A DNA stretch of 63,514 nucleotides, counting the filler, from Pseudovirgaria hyperparasitica (Eukaryota): assembly GCA_010093815.1 (NCBI GenBank). It is 6 parts of 6 records of this genome, joined end to end, with 100 filler letters (N's around TTAATTAATTAA, not from the genome) between each part and the next. Parts side by side here need not be neighbours in the genome. Positions count along the whole stretch, not along the records: positions 1 to 13,809 come from ML996622.1; positions 13,910 to 27,320 come from ML996623.1; 4 more parts are not named here. One strand, written 5' to 3'. Shown in pieces: positions 13,751-23,886 of this stretch. The notes beneath the pieces were generated by a model. That model did not search any database and had not been told where the DNA came from. It saw nothing but the letters and a program-made list of their open reading frames with translations. The position numbers and the translations under genes were made by a program. The number at the start of each line of letters is the position of its first letter. Position 1 is the first letter of the stretch.

Positions 13751-13809
13751 TTAAAGAATATTATAAGATCTTTAATAAAATGAATACTATTAAAACAGAC
13801 TCTTTAAGT
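13751..13809 (+). mobile_element. Continuation of the copia RNase H region after the LINE insertion
   Basis: Starts with the second copy of TTAAAGAATATTATAA and continues the copia frame (KEYYKIFNKMNTIKTDSLS) up to the gap. Confidence 0.7.
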
Positions 13810-13909
13810 NNNNNNNNNNNNNNNNNNNNNNNNNNNNNNNNNNNNNNNNNNNNTTAATTAATTAANNNNNNNNNNNNNNNNNNNNNNNNNNNNNNNNNNN
13901 NNNNNNNNN
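13810..13909. other. Artificial contig linker (N44-TTAATTAATTAA-N44); also at 27321-27420, 39945-40044, 49893-49992, 59713-59812
   Basis: Five identical 100-nt spacers with stops in all frames. Complete contigs are 13411, 12524, 9848 and 9720 bp (decreasing). Confidence 0.98.
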
Positions 13910-15428
13910 TCATTTGACCATAATGATGTTGGGCGACGCAAGAAGCAGAGAAGTAGTTAGCGTCAATCTGTAGATTATAGTTATAGGGGTATATATTGTG
14001 CGCGCGACGTGCATCTTCACGTTTGGCTTGAGCCTCATCACGCTTAGCCTGCTGCTCTTCACGTTCCATGTCCCTAAATTGCTGCTCAGCAGTAAATAGC
14101 CGCATATCCTCTTGTAACTTCGCCCATTTCTCTTCATCAAGCTGACGCTTATTAGGGCGCTTCAGTTGTATACCAACAGGCTCACGATTACGGAATCGCT
14201 CCTTTAGAAAAGACGGCGGATTTTCAATAGAGACACTCTCCTCTATCTCGGCGGTAAGTGCATTTGCCCAGCAGTGGAAATCTGCGGTTGTAACCTCATA
14301 GTGCTGAGCACCCATCCCAGAACCTCTATCAGTCGAAACCCAGCAGTATCTATCCTTATGAGGACAGTTGTTGACTCCACACTTAAGACGAGCGACTAGA
14401 GCATGGTAATACTGCGTAGTATTAGTTACTGCGTCTGCTCGTATAGTATTCGCAGTACCAATAGGGCCATTACGTCTACCTCCTGAACTAGGTGCCCCAG
14501 CTTGTATACGGTGTATGGAGGCGTGCGACGGCGGTGTCTCATTATTATTCTGTGGAGAGAGTAATTCCCCAGGAGGACGACTGAGCGCAGGCGTCCTACG
14601 TGTATTTGTAGACGGCGTTGCACTACGAGGTATGGTCCTAGAGGCTTGTATTCTTTGTTTCTTCATGGCTTCATAGCCGGGACATAATACTCTGACTTCG
14701 AACTTCAGATCGATATCGTGCTTCGGTTTCCTCGTGTGGATACGATCAATATGGGATAGAATCTCTACCTCATCCGTAAGGGCAAAGGAAACCTCCATTG
14801 AGTACGTATACTTGTTTGAGGACGACTGAGACTAGATAACAAGGTATGTTTTTCCGTCGAAGTCCCACGACTCATCAGCAACCACCTCCTGTATACACTC
14901 GTTAACCACATCCTCAACCTTATCGAGTGCCCAAGATTCGCGTAGACACGCCGATAGGTTCTTCTGTTTCTCCTTCTTTCCATTAACGCGAAGTAATAGT
15001 ACTGGGTATAGCATGAAGAGGGCGATAGCCGCAGGAGGACTCGACGGAGGAGGCTCGTTTCCGGTATTACCCACGACGACTGGGGTATTACACCTATTAC
15101 CACGTAACGGTGATGGCGATGAGGGTATATCTATAGCCTCATTCGACGCCTGGGGCATAGAGACGAGTATCTCTGCCGCGTTCGCGTCATGATCAGGTAT
15201 AGTTGTTGGCTGTTCCACGTCCACAGCCGGCGTACCACTTGCTATCTTGCTCTTAGACTTCCTTTTTCGGACTGTCTGAGTACGACCTGCTGTCGCCCTT
15301 GCTGTCGGCTGACGATTAAGACGTGTTGGAGGAGGAGGAGGAGGAGAAGGCGCCTCTGTCGAGCAATTAGGTATCTCGAGCGGCCTGCTGAAACGAGCCC
15401 TCTTACCACTACGACGTGCTGTAGGCAT
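13910..15428 (-). CDS. Transposon-associated accessory protein (N-terminal poly-Pro, C-x4-C-x5-YCW...H...WA motif, coiled coil), 3' end lost in gap
   Basis: ORFs 14832-15428 and 13854-14798 are probably one gene. Motif LKCGVNNCPHKDRYCW...HYEV...WANAL resembles the RIP-mutated gene at 30183-33330. Confidence 0.6.
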
Positions 15429-16587
15429 AGTTTAGGGGTATTCCGAGTATTGTATAGTGTGGAGACGAGGCTAATAAGTATACAGGCACGTGGATTCGAC
15501 GTATTTCACGACGTTGCGGCTGCTATGCACGATAATGTTCAAAATGCTCGTTTACTATGGAAAAACGGTGTGTCGCGCACAGGTGTGCACGCCAAGAGTC
15601 GCGCTGAAAAAGTTACAGACGGATCCTCGGTGGGTAGCCCCCTACACTCAACACCTAAAATCGGGCGCTAAGCAAGTTGAATATCGCCTTCGGCTATTCC
15701 ATAATCTGATTACAGTATCGGTCATCCTAGAAGACACGACTCCTTCTCAAACAATCTCTAGATTGAGCAGGCTGATGAACAAGACTCAAGGCACATCTCT
15801 CCCAAGTGTAAATGTGATTGGGCTTCGTTCTCCAACCAATGTAAGATCAACACCAGGTGCGTGGCTTCTAAGATGCAATAGCCGCCATGGGAAAGGCTAA
15901 AAGCCAAGGCACCTGCCATCTTACATCTCCAATGCTTCTCGTCACGCCTAGGACGAATGGTACAGCGCTGTCTGACAAGCGTCTGTTGGAACGACGCTTC
16001 GCTTAAGGCAGATGTACTTTTGCTTTTAGAATGAGCATGCTCTGACCGTGCCACATGCAACACAGCCAAGCGGCGCACTCTCTTGCTCTCTTGCCCAAAT
16101 TTAGTGCCTTTGCGTAACAATTGATAATACGTCGCTTGAAAGTTTGCCGATATCCATGTTTTGGAGACGGCTAATAGAGGGCATATCATCACTTCTTAGG
16201 CATAATTCAAGGTTCTAGCAGGCTACTAGAGTAGACTTGGGAAGCATCTCTCCCACGCATAGAAATGGCCGAATGGCTACTTTGCAGTCTTCTCCGCTCG
16301 TTCTGTAAACGACCCTGCGCTACGGCTGTGCCTTTCTCACTTCACGCGTGCGGCAATGGTGGTGTCGGTCGACCCGAGTCTGCATTAGTTGCTTAGGTAT
16401 CTAGAAAAATATTGTAGATCCGCCTTGCATGGCCAGCGCTTAATAGCGCGGCACAGCAGACATTAGGCTCGCTGATAGTTTGACCAATAGTGATACGAAC
16501 GACATCTAATCTCCTTCACTTCACGCTGCGCACTATCCGAGCGAGCCTGGTAATCGTGCCCCCCGTTCACCACATTCACGCCCGCTG

Positions 16588-16684
16588 TAGGGCAGTCTGT
16601 TAGTAGCAACTCCGCCTAAATCAAAATGCGCGACGCGTGTACACAGAATGAGGTTCTATAGAGTTAAGTTAAGGTTTAGTTTAG
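16588..16684 (+). repeat. Left TIR of the IS3EU-like element
   Basis: Reverse complement of 21239-21337 apart from a 2-nt indel (TGTTAG vs TGTTTTAG). Confidence 0.95.
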
Positions 16685-16900
16685 GGTTATCGTACGATAT
16701 ATAGCTATAGAAAGAGAGTGTAGTCATATTCGTATCTTGCCATCACCGGAATAACGTTTTTCCAGCTACCCACAGAATAATTTTCACCTCTCTTTAATCA
16801 TACAATCACCATAACCATACTCACAACTATAACCATAACCACCATAACCACAACAACAACCACAACAACAACCACAGTAATAGCAGTAGCATCAATAGCA

Positions 16901-17700
16901 ATGGCGTAATCGTTTCTACTATTCTCAAGAGCTCGTGTAAGTCGTACGAGCTATAGGTAGCATGCTAATAGAGTGTATAGATCCAATAGTAATAACAACA
17001 ACCAAGCCCTTGTCCTCTACCACCCTATCCCCCACCCCGACATCCCCGGCCAGGTGGTCGGACGATATGAAGAGCATGGAGGTAGGAGGTATATCTTCAG
17101 AGTTGGAGGGCAGGAGTTAGCACCCTGGTGTCATAATAAGCAGCAGTGGGCGGTCTTGGCCTTACCTAGTTAAGATATTGAGTATAATGGCCCTTCTGCC
17201 ATTCAATTCTACCAGATCTGGTCATACCGCCCCTCTACCATCAACTCCGTCCTCGTACAATCCTGTGGACGTAAAGAGGTTATGCCCTATACCCAGTGTA
17301 TAAGGGCAAGAGCCCCCGCGTTTCCAACATGTGTCCGGTTACCAGGCCATTTTAGGGGAGCATGTGGCTATTGTAAGAAGAAGGACTAGGTAGCCAGATG
17401 CTCTGCACGAGATCGTACGAGGGTGTTACACCAGGGTAGTGCTCCTACTACAGCTATTACTATATTACCACTACCTCCAGAGGAGGAGGAAGAAGATGAT
17501 AATGATAAGGGGGAGGATATAGAGATAGAGGAGGAGGAGGAGGAGGAGGAGGAGGATGAGGATGAGGAGGAGGAGGATGAGGATGAGGATGAGGAGGAGG
17601 GGGATGGGGTAAGTCAGTCTATGAGACTGCAGCTGAAGACTAGGTATGTGAATCGTACGACTGAAGTATATAGTATCTATACCAACTAGGTATAGGGTTT
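16901..17700 (+). pseudogene. DUF3716-like Cys-rich protein with acidic tail (transposon passenger)
   Basis: 17222-17420 reads SYRPSTINSVLVQSCG...PYTQC...AFPTCVRLPGHFRGACGYCKKKD*VARCS, followed by a long E/D tract. GT-AG introns at 16937-16980 and 17644-17689. Confidence 0.75.
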
Positions 17701-17885
17701 TGTCCATACCACCCGCCATATACTAAGCCTTTACGTGGCGGCTGGAATAAGTACCTCATGGGAAACCAATTAGTATTCAAGAGTAAGAGCTATGTCTACC
17801 CTATTATACGATATAATGACTACCTTCTACCTCTAGTTCTTAGCCCAGCTAGCCTAGCCTCAGCCTCACCCTCCTCAATACCCTA

Positions 17886-19213
17886 CTAAACAGATTCAAG
17901 TATTCTCTCTAAGAATGTCTTACTTCCTCGTACGAGCTCTATAGCTAAGGGTAGATTCTTATTACCGTCACTATCTTCTACTAGGTTAACCTCTCTCATA
18001 ATCTTTAGAGTCGTACGAAGTGTTAGAGTTAGCTTTAGCTCCTGCTTAACCTTAGACTCCTGCTTAACCTTAGACTCCTGCTTAACCTTAGACTCCTGCT
18101 TGACCTCGGATTTAACGAATGGATTCCCAATGGCCTGCTTACTTCTCTTTTTCTTTGGTCTCGTACGACTAATATATGGAGATGGCGATTCCTTAGGACT
18201 AGTCTTATTCATCCGCTTCAGCCTGGTGGGTATTGTCTTAACCTCAGCCTCAAATTCCTCCTAGTGCTTGATCTCTTAATAGAGAATGTTAATCTCGTAC
18301 GATTTATTAGTCTTCTAGTTCCCTACTATGACCTTAAAGTCTTCTCCTTCAAGACAGTCCATGATTATATCATATAACGTAAGGTCAACTGCTATAAAGG
18401 GCCCTTTTTGGATAACAGATGTATAGATATGGATAACATGATTATCCTCTGGCTTATCCTAAAGCCAGGGGGAAAGCCATGTTCTCGTACGAGCTTCAAC
18501 CTCCCTCATAAAGATCTATGCTAATTAGTGATGGGAGTCTCCAATTTATTAGTTTGAGACCTTAACTAGGTATTTCTAGGCTATATATATATTAGTAGAA
18601 GTCTCTTCTATAGGAATATCTCGTACGAACCTCTTCCTTACCGTGTACTCTCATTCTCCTCACTTCCATCAGGTAATACCCGGGTTATGTTTTTCCATAT
18701 CACAATGTTCAACCTAAGCTTCTTTTCCCCAACTCCTGGCTTTCTATGTTTAACTATTAATCGGTTACGGGTTCTCTCAATCTCTTGTGCCATCTTATTC
18801 ATAGCCATTACCCTTGGTTTATATAGGTTCTCTTCTTCGCTCGTACGATCTCGAGCTAGTGTTATAGCCTATTGTACACGTGCGATATTTTGTTCTATAT
18901 ATCGATGAGCACGTTCTCTAGTAGTAGTATTAATAGTATACTAGCCTTTTGTATGCCATTGGCTAGAGGAGCCTTATTAAATAGAGAGGGCTGTCGTACA
19001 ATCTCGGTCTTGTTTTGTCTTCTGTGACTCTGGGGAGTCATTAATAAGTGTAATTGGTTCTACTACTAAGCTACCTCGTGGGTCAAACTCTATAAGAAAT
19101 GTATTATATGCGTTATACTTGGTGTTGCCTTGTTCGTATAATTCATTATGTCGTTTCCCACTCTTTAACTTAGAGCAGACCTTAAAGAAGGCAGCTGTAA
19201 TCTTTAGTGCCAT
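17886..19213 (-). pseudogene. Second orphan ORF of the IS3EU-like element (C-terminal VKQESK repeats)
   Basis: ORF pieces 18977-19213 and 17886-18212 are co-oriented and separated by RIP-type stops. 18-bp tandem repeat at ~18040-18105. Confidence 0.55.
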
Positions 19214-19329
19214 ATCGTACGATTAAAGAGGAGATATAAAAAGAAGATAGAAGTAGCTACTACTAAAAGTTATTAAGATGAGTAGGCTCATCTACTATAT
19301 ACATAGTATCTTCATAGACATTCTGGTCT

Positions 19330-21101
19330 ACCTAGTAAGGTTGTACGATACCATACTTACCATCTGGTTTAATAATACCTTCACCTGCAAATTCCACCTC
19401 CTTATTACCATCTCTACCTATACCTAAATCCTGATTATCCTGTTATACTATAGGGCCATGCCTATCTTAGTTAGTATAAGGTCCCTAGAGAAGTATTAGT
19501 ATCACACCGCTCCTTTACTCGTACGATATATACCTGCTACTACCTAGCTCTAACTAGAGACTTTAAGAGAGAAAGCTGGGGTTCTAGACTAGAATTAAAG
19601 TGCTTATGAGTTAGCTGCCTTAGCTTAAGGTATATTAATCGATAAGGATTCAGCCGATCGTATAATGTGTCTAGTGGGCCCTTTAGATTAAAATTAAGTC
19701 GATCTAGCTGTTGCTGGCACCATATAAGAGTATTAGGTGGTAGGTATGCATTAAGATTATAGATACCTGCCTCTTCAGCCTCTGACTTGACTCGTACGAA
19801 CTCAGTTGCGTTAAATTAGACTGCACCATTCATGATCTCAGGTCCTGGGTGGAAGTAGTTCATCCATGGCTTCCCATAGACCGTGTTAGGGCGATTGGCC
19901 TGCTTCCGAATATAGTGCTTATTCTATGTTCGTACGAATAGATCGAGCTCTCTTCGAAGAACTGGTGTGTAGATAGCAGAGAGTGTAACTATATCAGGGA
20001 TAAACTTTAGAGTCAGTAGCCGCTCCCCCTATAGTCTTGAAAAGTATCTCTATATAAAGTTAGCCTATACTTTTATGATCGTACGATACATACCCTCCAT
20101 CTCTAGAGTAAGCCTTTTGAGAGCTGATTCCACCAGGACTTAATTCTTTGATTAGCCGTGCTTATTCCCCATATCCAGCACTCAGAAAATAGAATATCTG
20201 GCTGAGATAGCTGCCTTAGCTTCCACTATGTGGTAGCCATTAATGTAGTCTTACCGCCATGGTCAGATCGTACGAGGAGAGGCTGATACTAAAAGCTTTT
20301 AAGAACCTAAAGAAACATCCGCTCACAGCTTATAGCCGTAGTAGAAGAGATCCCAATATAGCTCCATATAATAAAGCGTGAGTAGGCATTAATATAGGTA
20401 TAGATCTTAAAGCCGTACGAGCTTAGCTTATGATAGCCATCTATACTCTAATAGAAGTTTGGCCTAGGGATAATGAACTCTCCTCGTATCCGCTAGAAAT
20501 TAGTCTTTCTACGTGCTATCCTAGAAGGATTAACGATTTTCATAGCTCTATAGAGCCGATCTCTATATAAGTTAGAATCATACGATCTATATAGATGAAT
20601 ATAGAAGACTTACCTCCTAATTAGCATCTCTTACTAGCGGAAATGTGTATAGAGAAGGCCCCGACCATAGCCCTTAACCTGTCTAGTTTTCATATGCTCT
20701 TGTAAGAGCTCTTATATATATAGCTCTGCCTGCTCTTATGCCTTAATTCCACGAATCCGATGGTATAGCCCTATTTCTCTTCGAAGTCTACTAATTATAT
20801 ACTGGGTTATTATACGACCTTCTCTTTCTAGAACTACTATAAGCTCTGTATTAGATAGATCTCCCTTGAATATTAATTATTTAATTCGGCGGCCAAGAGT
20901 CTCTCGTACGATTGAACCACTATCCATTTGAGTTTAAACTCCCCATTACTTTAGTCTCTTTTCTAAGGTTCTTATGGCTATACGGATAGAGAACTTAGTC
21001 TATAACCAGCTATATATTTCTTTAACTGGGACACGCGCTACCCTTTTAGCTATAATCTCGGCTTAAAGGTGATCGATGTTCGTACGAGGTCGGCTAGATA
21101 T
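19330..21101 (-). pseudogene. IS3EU/IS481-type DDE transposase with N-terminal HTH (Clr5-like) region
   Basis: Read on the mirrored copy (24276 onward): PNFY*SIDGYHKLSSYGFKIYTYINAYSRFIIW, LLVRSDHGGKT, WGISTANQRIKSWWNQL. Two introns (mirror 24764-24814 and 25284-25327). 3' end approximate. Confidence 0.88.
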
Positions 21102-21238
21102 TTTAGAGATAGAGAACTAGGGACGTTTAGAGGAGTAGAAGGTAGAAGAAGAGAAGTATAGTATAAGTAGAAGAATTTATTTACGCGCCTATCGTACGAT
21201 AGATTAATAATACTAGAGACTATTATAGCTAGACTACT

Positions 21239-21337
21239 CTAAACTAAACCTTAACTTAACTCTATAGAACCTCATTCTGTGTACACGCGTCGCGCATTTT
21301 GATTTAGGCGGAGTTGCTACTAAAACAGACTGCCCTA
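21239..21337 (-). repeat. Right TIR of the IS3EU-like element
   Basis: Ends in CTGCCCTA, followed by the TSD CCGCTG. Confidence 0.95.
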
Positions 21338-21555
21338 CCGCTGTGCCACTTCCAGCTCTGCTACGCCCCTCGCAAAGTCCATTTCCTACAGGCTGTGATT
21401 GGACTGTTCGACAAGTATTGCATGCGATTGCTGTACGCCTGTGCATCATTCTCCACCAGTCGCTCCTGCAAGACCTCGCGCATCACCCGCCCCACAACCC
21501 TAGTGCTGCTGGAGTTTCGCGCTCACGTGCAATAATTCAGGCCAATGCACGGGCC

Positions 21556-22106
21556 ATGCAGACATCCTTAAATTCCCTCGTTTCCCCTCCTGTCGGCGGA
21601 GGAATTTCTTTGCACATACACGCTACCTGGTAAGACTGTATCTCCAACAAGCGCACACTGTGTACGTATCTTCGAACCATTCGTCTTCACTTATTCTCTC
21701 GTATCTTACTCGAAATCGCAGCATGTCGCATGCACAGGCTACATATTATACGTCTTCCGACGGCAAAACATACACCACTGACGGGAAATATGTACTCGCC
21801 GGCAATCAGTGGGAAGCACGTACGGGCTCTACCAACACTAGTAGTTCTGCCAGCCAGTCGCAAACATCACTTGGACACGTTTCCGGCCAGAATCTTACTG
21901 CAGCCATGCTTGCACCGTTTGGGATGACTGCTCCCTCCCATATCGTGCCGCCGCAGACTTCGGGGAATGAGAATTGGCGACCAACCGGGCAGCGAGCTGT
22001 GCCATCTATTGATGTACTACCAGCTGTACGAGCTGCCAAGAATGGTCATCCTTGGATGAGGGCTTATGTGAATTCTTTCGACCAAGTCACAGGTCGAACC
22101 GGGTAG
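21556..22106 (+). CDS. Small orphan Ser/Thr-rich protein in the inverted-repeat spacer
   Basis: Open frame 21660-22106 (MSHAQATYYTSSDGKTYTTDG... from 21723). A GT-AG intron at 21630-21721 would join an upstream exon (ATG 21556) in frame. No RIP signature. Confidence 0.5.
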
Positions 22107-22797
22107 CGCATTTTCAATGGGCTAAACATATTGGAGGGTGTGATAAGATGCAGTCAATGTTTGTAATTAGAAATGGTTATCTCTGGCGAACTCTAACAAT
22201 ACTTTATCCTTTACGCTATGATTTTAGTTATCCTGAAACCCTATCTTGCAATTCGGCTGGCCTTGAACGAGCCTCGCCAGATTCTACCACGACTAAAATG
22301 TGCAACTCTGTATCTCATACCAAATTATTACTAGCATCTAACGCATGCTTTCCTGACTCTACTCTTATTCATTTTTGCGGAAGCGTTATGGAAATATATC
22401 TCAAGCGACGGGCGCACTAATCGAAATTTTTCATATAATTTCATGCTAGTCAAGGACTACTCTCAGGAAGCAAATGGAAGACCGCACACATCATTTGGGT
22501 AGGACAGAAGTCGAGCCTCTTGGTAATTGTTGTGGTATCCACGCGCTCCTTATGCTCTAGTTTATAGTCTCACGGATCATGATTTTCGTATAATGTCTAC
22601 AATTAAAGCATACAGAAAGCTTGCCACATTTGACTAATTGGCAACTTAGATGGCTGAAAATGCAAGACACCAGGAAATATTATGTAAATACATGACACTC
22701 AAGCATGAACGTGTCCTCTGCAGATGTCAGGAGACCCAAACTTCACATACAGCAACTGAGGCTACTGGTTAAAGGACCCCTGATTGACAATGTGGAA

Positions 22798-23693
22798 TCA
22801 GAATGATGCAGGATTCACGCCATGCAAATGGTATGGCATTAATCGAACAGTAACCAAGAAGTGTTCGATAATGCCAAGGTTTCCGCCATTATAAAGTACA
22901 TTCAGTCCAGCAGTTGGTGGTGCCAAAGTCCAAGAATCGAGTTCGAAAGCATTATCTGGTGTGATAGCACCAGATATTGGATTTGCCCATGGAAAGGCAT
23001 GTGCACTCTTGATACGAACGTCTACAGGCCAATGCTGTGACCTATCTCGAGACAAGATATAATTGGGCACATGTGCCTGCTGCAGTATGTCTGTGGGGTC
23101 CCAAGTGAACAGCATGCACTTCCATCCGATTGCAAGAATCAAACTTAATGGACGGTCAGGATGAGCGTGACCTAGACGTATTACTGCTTCACTCGTAAGG
23201 TCCTTCCAGCCATGCGGGGTGTCGTGGTTTGCCGCTTTGCATTCTACCCAAAGAAAATCCCTTCCCGTGCCTTGTGGAATTTGGCCAGGTTGACGAGGAA
23301 GTGACATTAGTCGTACCGCAATGACGTCCGGCTTGGTTTGAGATGGTGACTGTACTGGGGGGAGGCCTCTGTATGCCTCTCTTCGAATGGACCACGATAC
23401 GCCATTGGCATCATCGACCTCAGGGAAGTAAAGGCGTAGAATGGCATCCCAAGCGTGCCAGACCACATCTTCTTGATCATACTTCGCTCCTCTTGAGTAT
23501 AATTTGCCAATCTCCTTGAAGGCCGTCGTTGTCGGATTCCAGAAATGTGTGGGCAAGCCGGGAACCCCGAAATTTTGTGGAAAATGCGGAGCGGACTGCG
23601 CAGACGAAGACTGCTCTTGCGGATAATGTTGAGATCTTACAGAATTAGACTAGTATGACATGTTACCATCGCTGTGATAACTTACCCTGACAT
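22798..23693 (-). CDS. Predicted PD-(D/E)XK nuclease-fold protein (~281 aa, 2 exons)
   Basis: ATG 23693 and intron 23685-23636 (GTAAGT...CTAAT...AG) give MSGSQHYPQ..., in frame with the 252-aa ORF. Motifs IRREAY...KPDVIAVRL...FLWVECKA. Confidence 0.72.
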
Positions 23694-23886
23694 CTTTCGC
23701 TATCCTTGACGTGTTGTGTTTAACTGAAAGATTTATCAGCCAAAGAATAAGATGAGAGCTCACGAATGCAAGATCTGTCCTACTCTTATAGATCATGGTT
23801 GATGCATCGTTGTGCAGTCCATACACAATGATAAGGGCGGTGCTCTGTTGCAATGCGGCGTAGGCGCACATCTGGCGTTTCCTGCA

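Larger units (their letters stand above)
16588..21337 (-). mobile_element. IS3EU-like DNA transposon, complete, RIP-mutated
   Basis: ~95-bp TIRs (TAGGGCAGTCTGTT...GGTTTAGTTTAG), perfect 6-bp TSD CCGCTG (16582-16587, 21338-21343), integrase-core DDE transposase. Confidence 0.88.

Noticed and set aside
1..13809. Very high density of in-frame TAA/TAG suggesting an alternative genetic code
   Set aside because: Explained by RIP (CAA/CAG and TGG converted to stops); non-repeat genes in the window read normally in the standard code.
13854..13865. Palindromic TTAATTAATTAA repeated five times
   Set aside because: Artificial six-frame-stop linker inside N runs, not biological.
17471..17719. Leu/Ile-rich 'membrane protein' ORF
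   Set aside because: Antisense shadow of the GAG/GAT acidic tract of the DUF3716-like gene.
16690..21199. TCGTACGA array as a CRISPR-like repeat-spacer locus
   Set aside because: The repeat is only 8 bp, spacing is irregular (about 80-310 bp), the intervening DNA is transposon coding sequence, and the context is eukaryotic with no cas genes.
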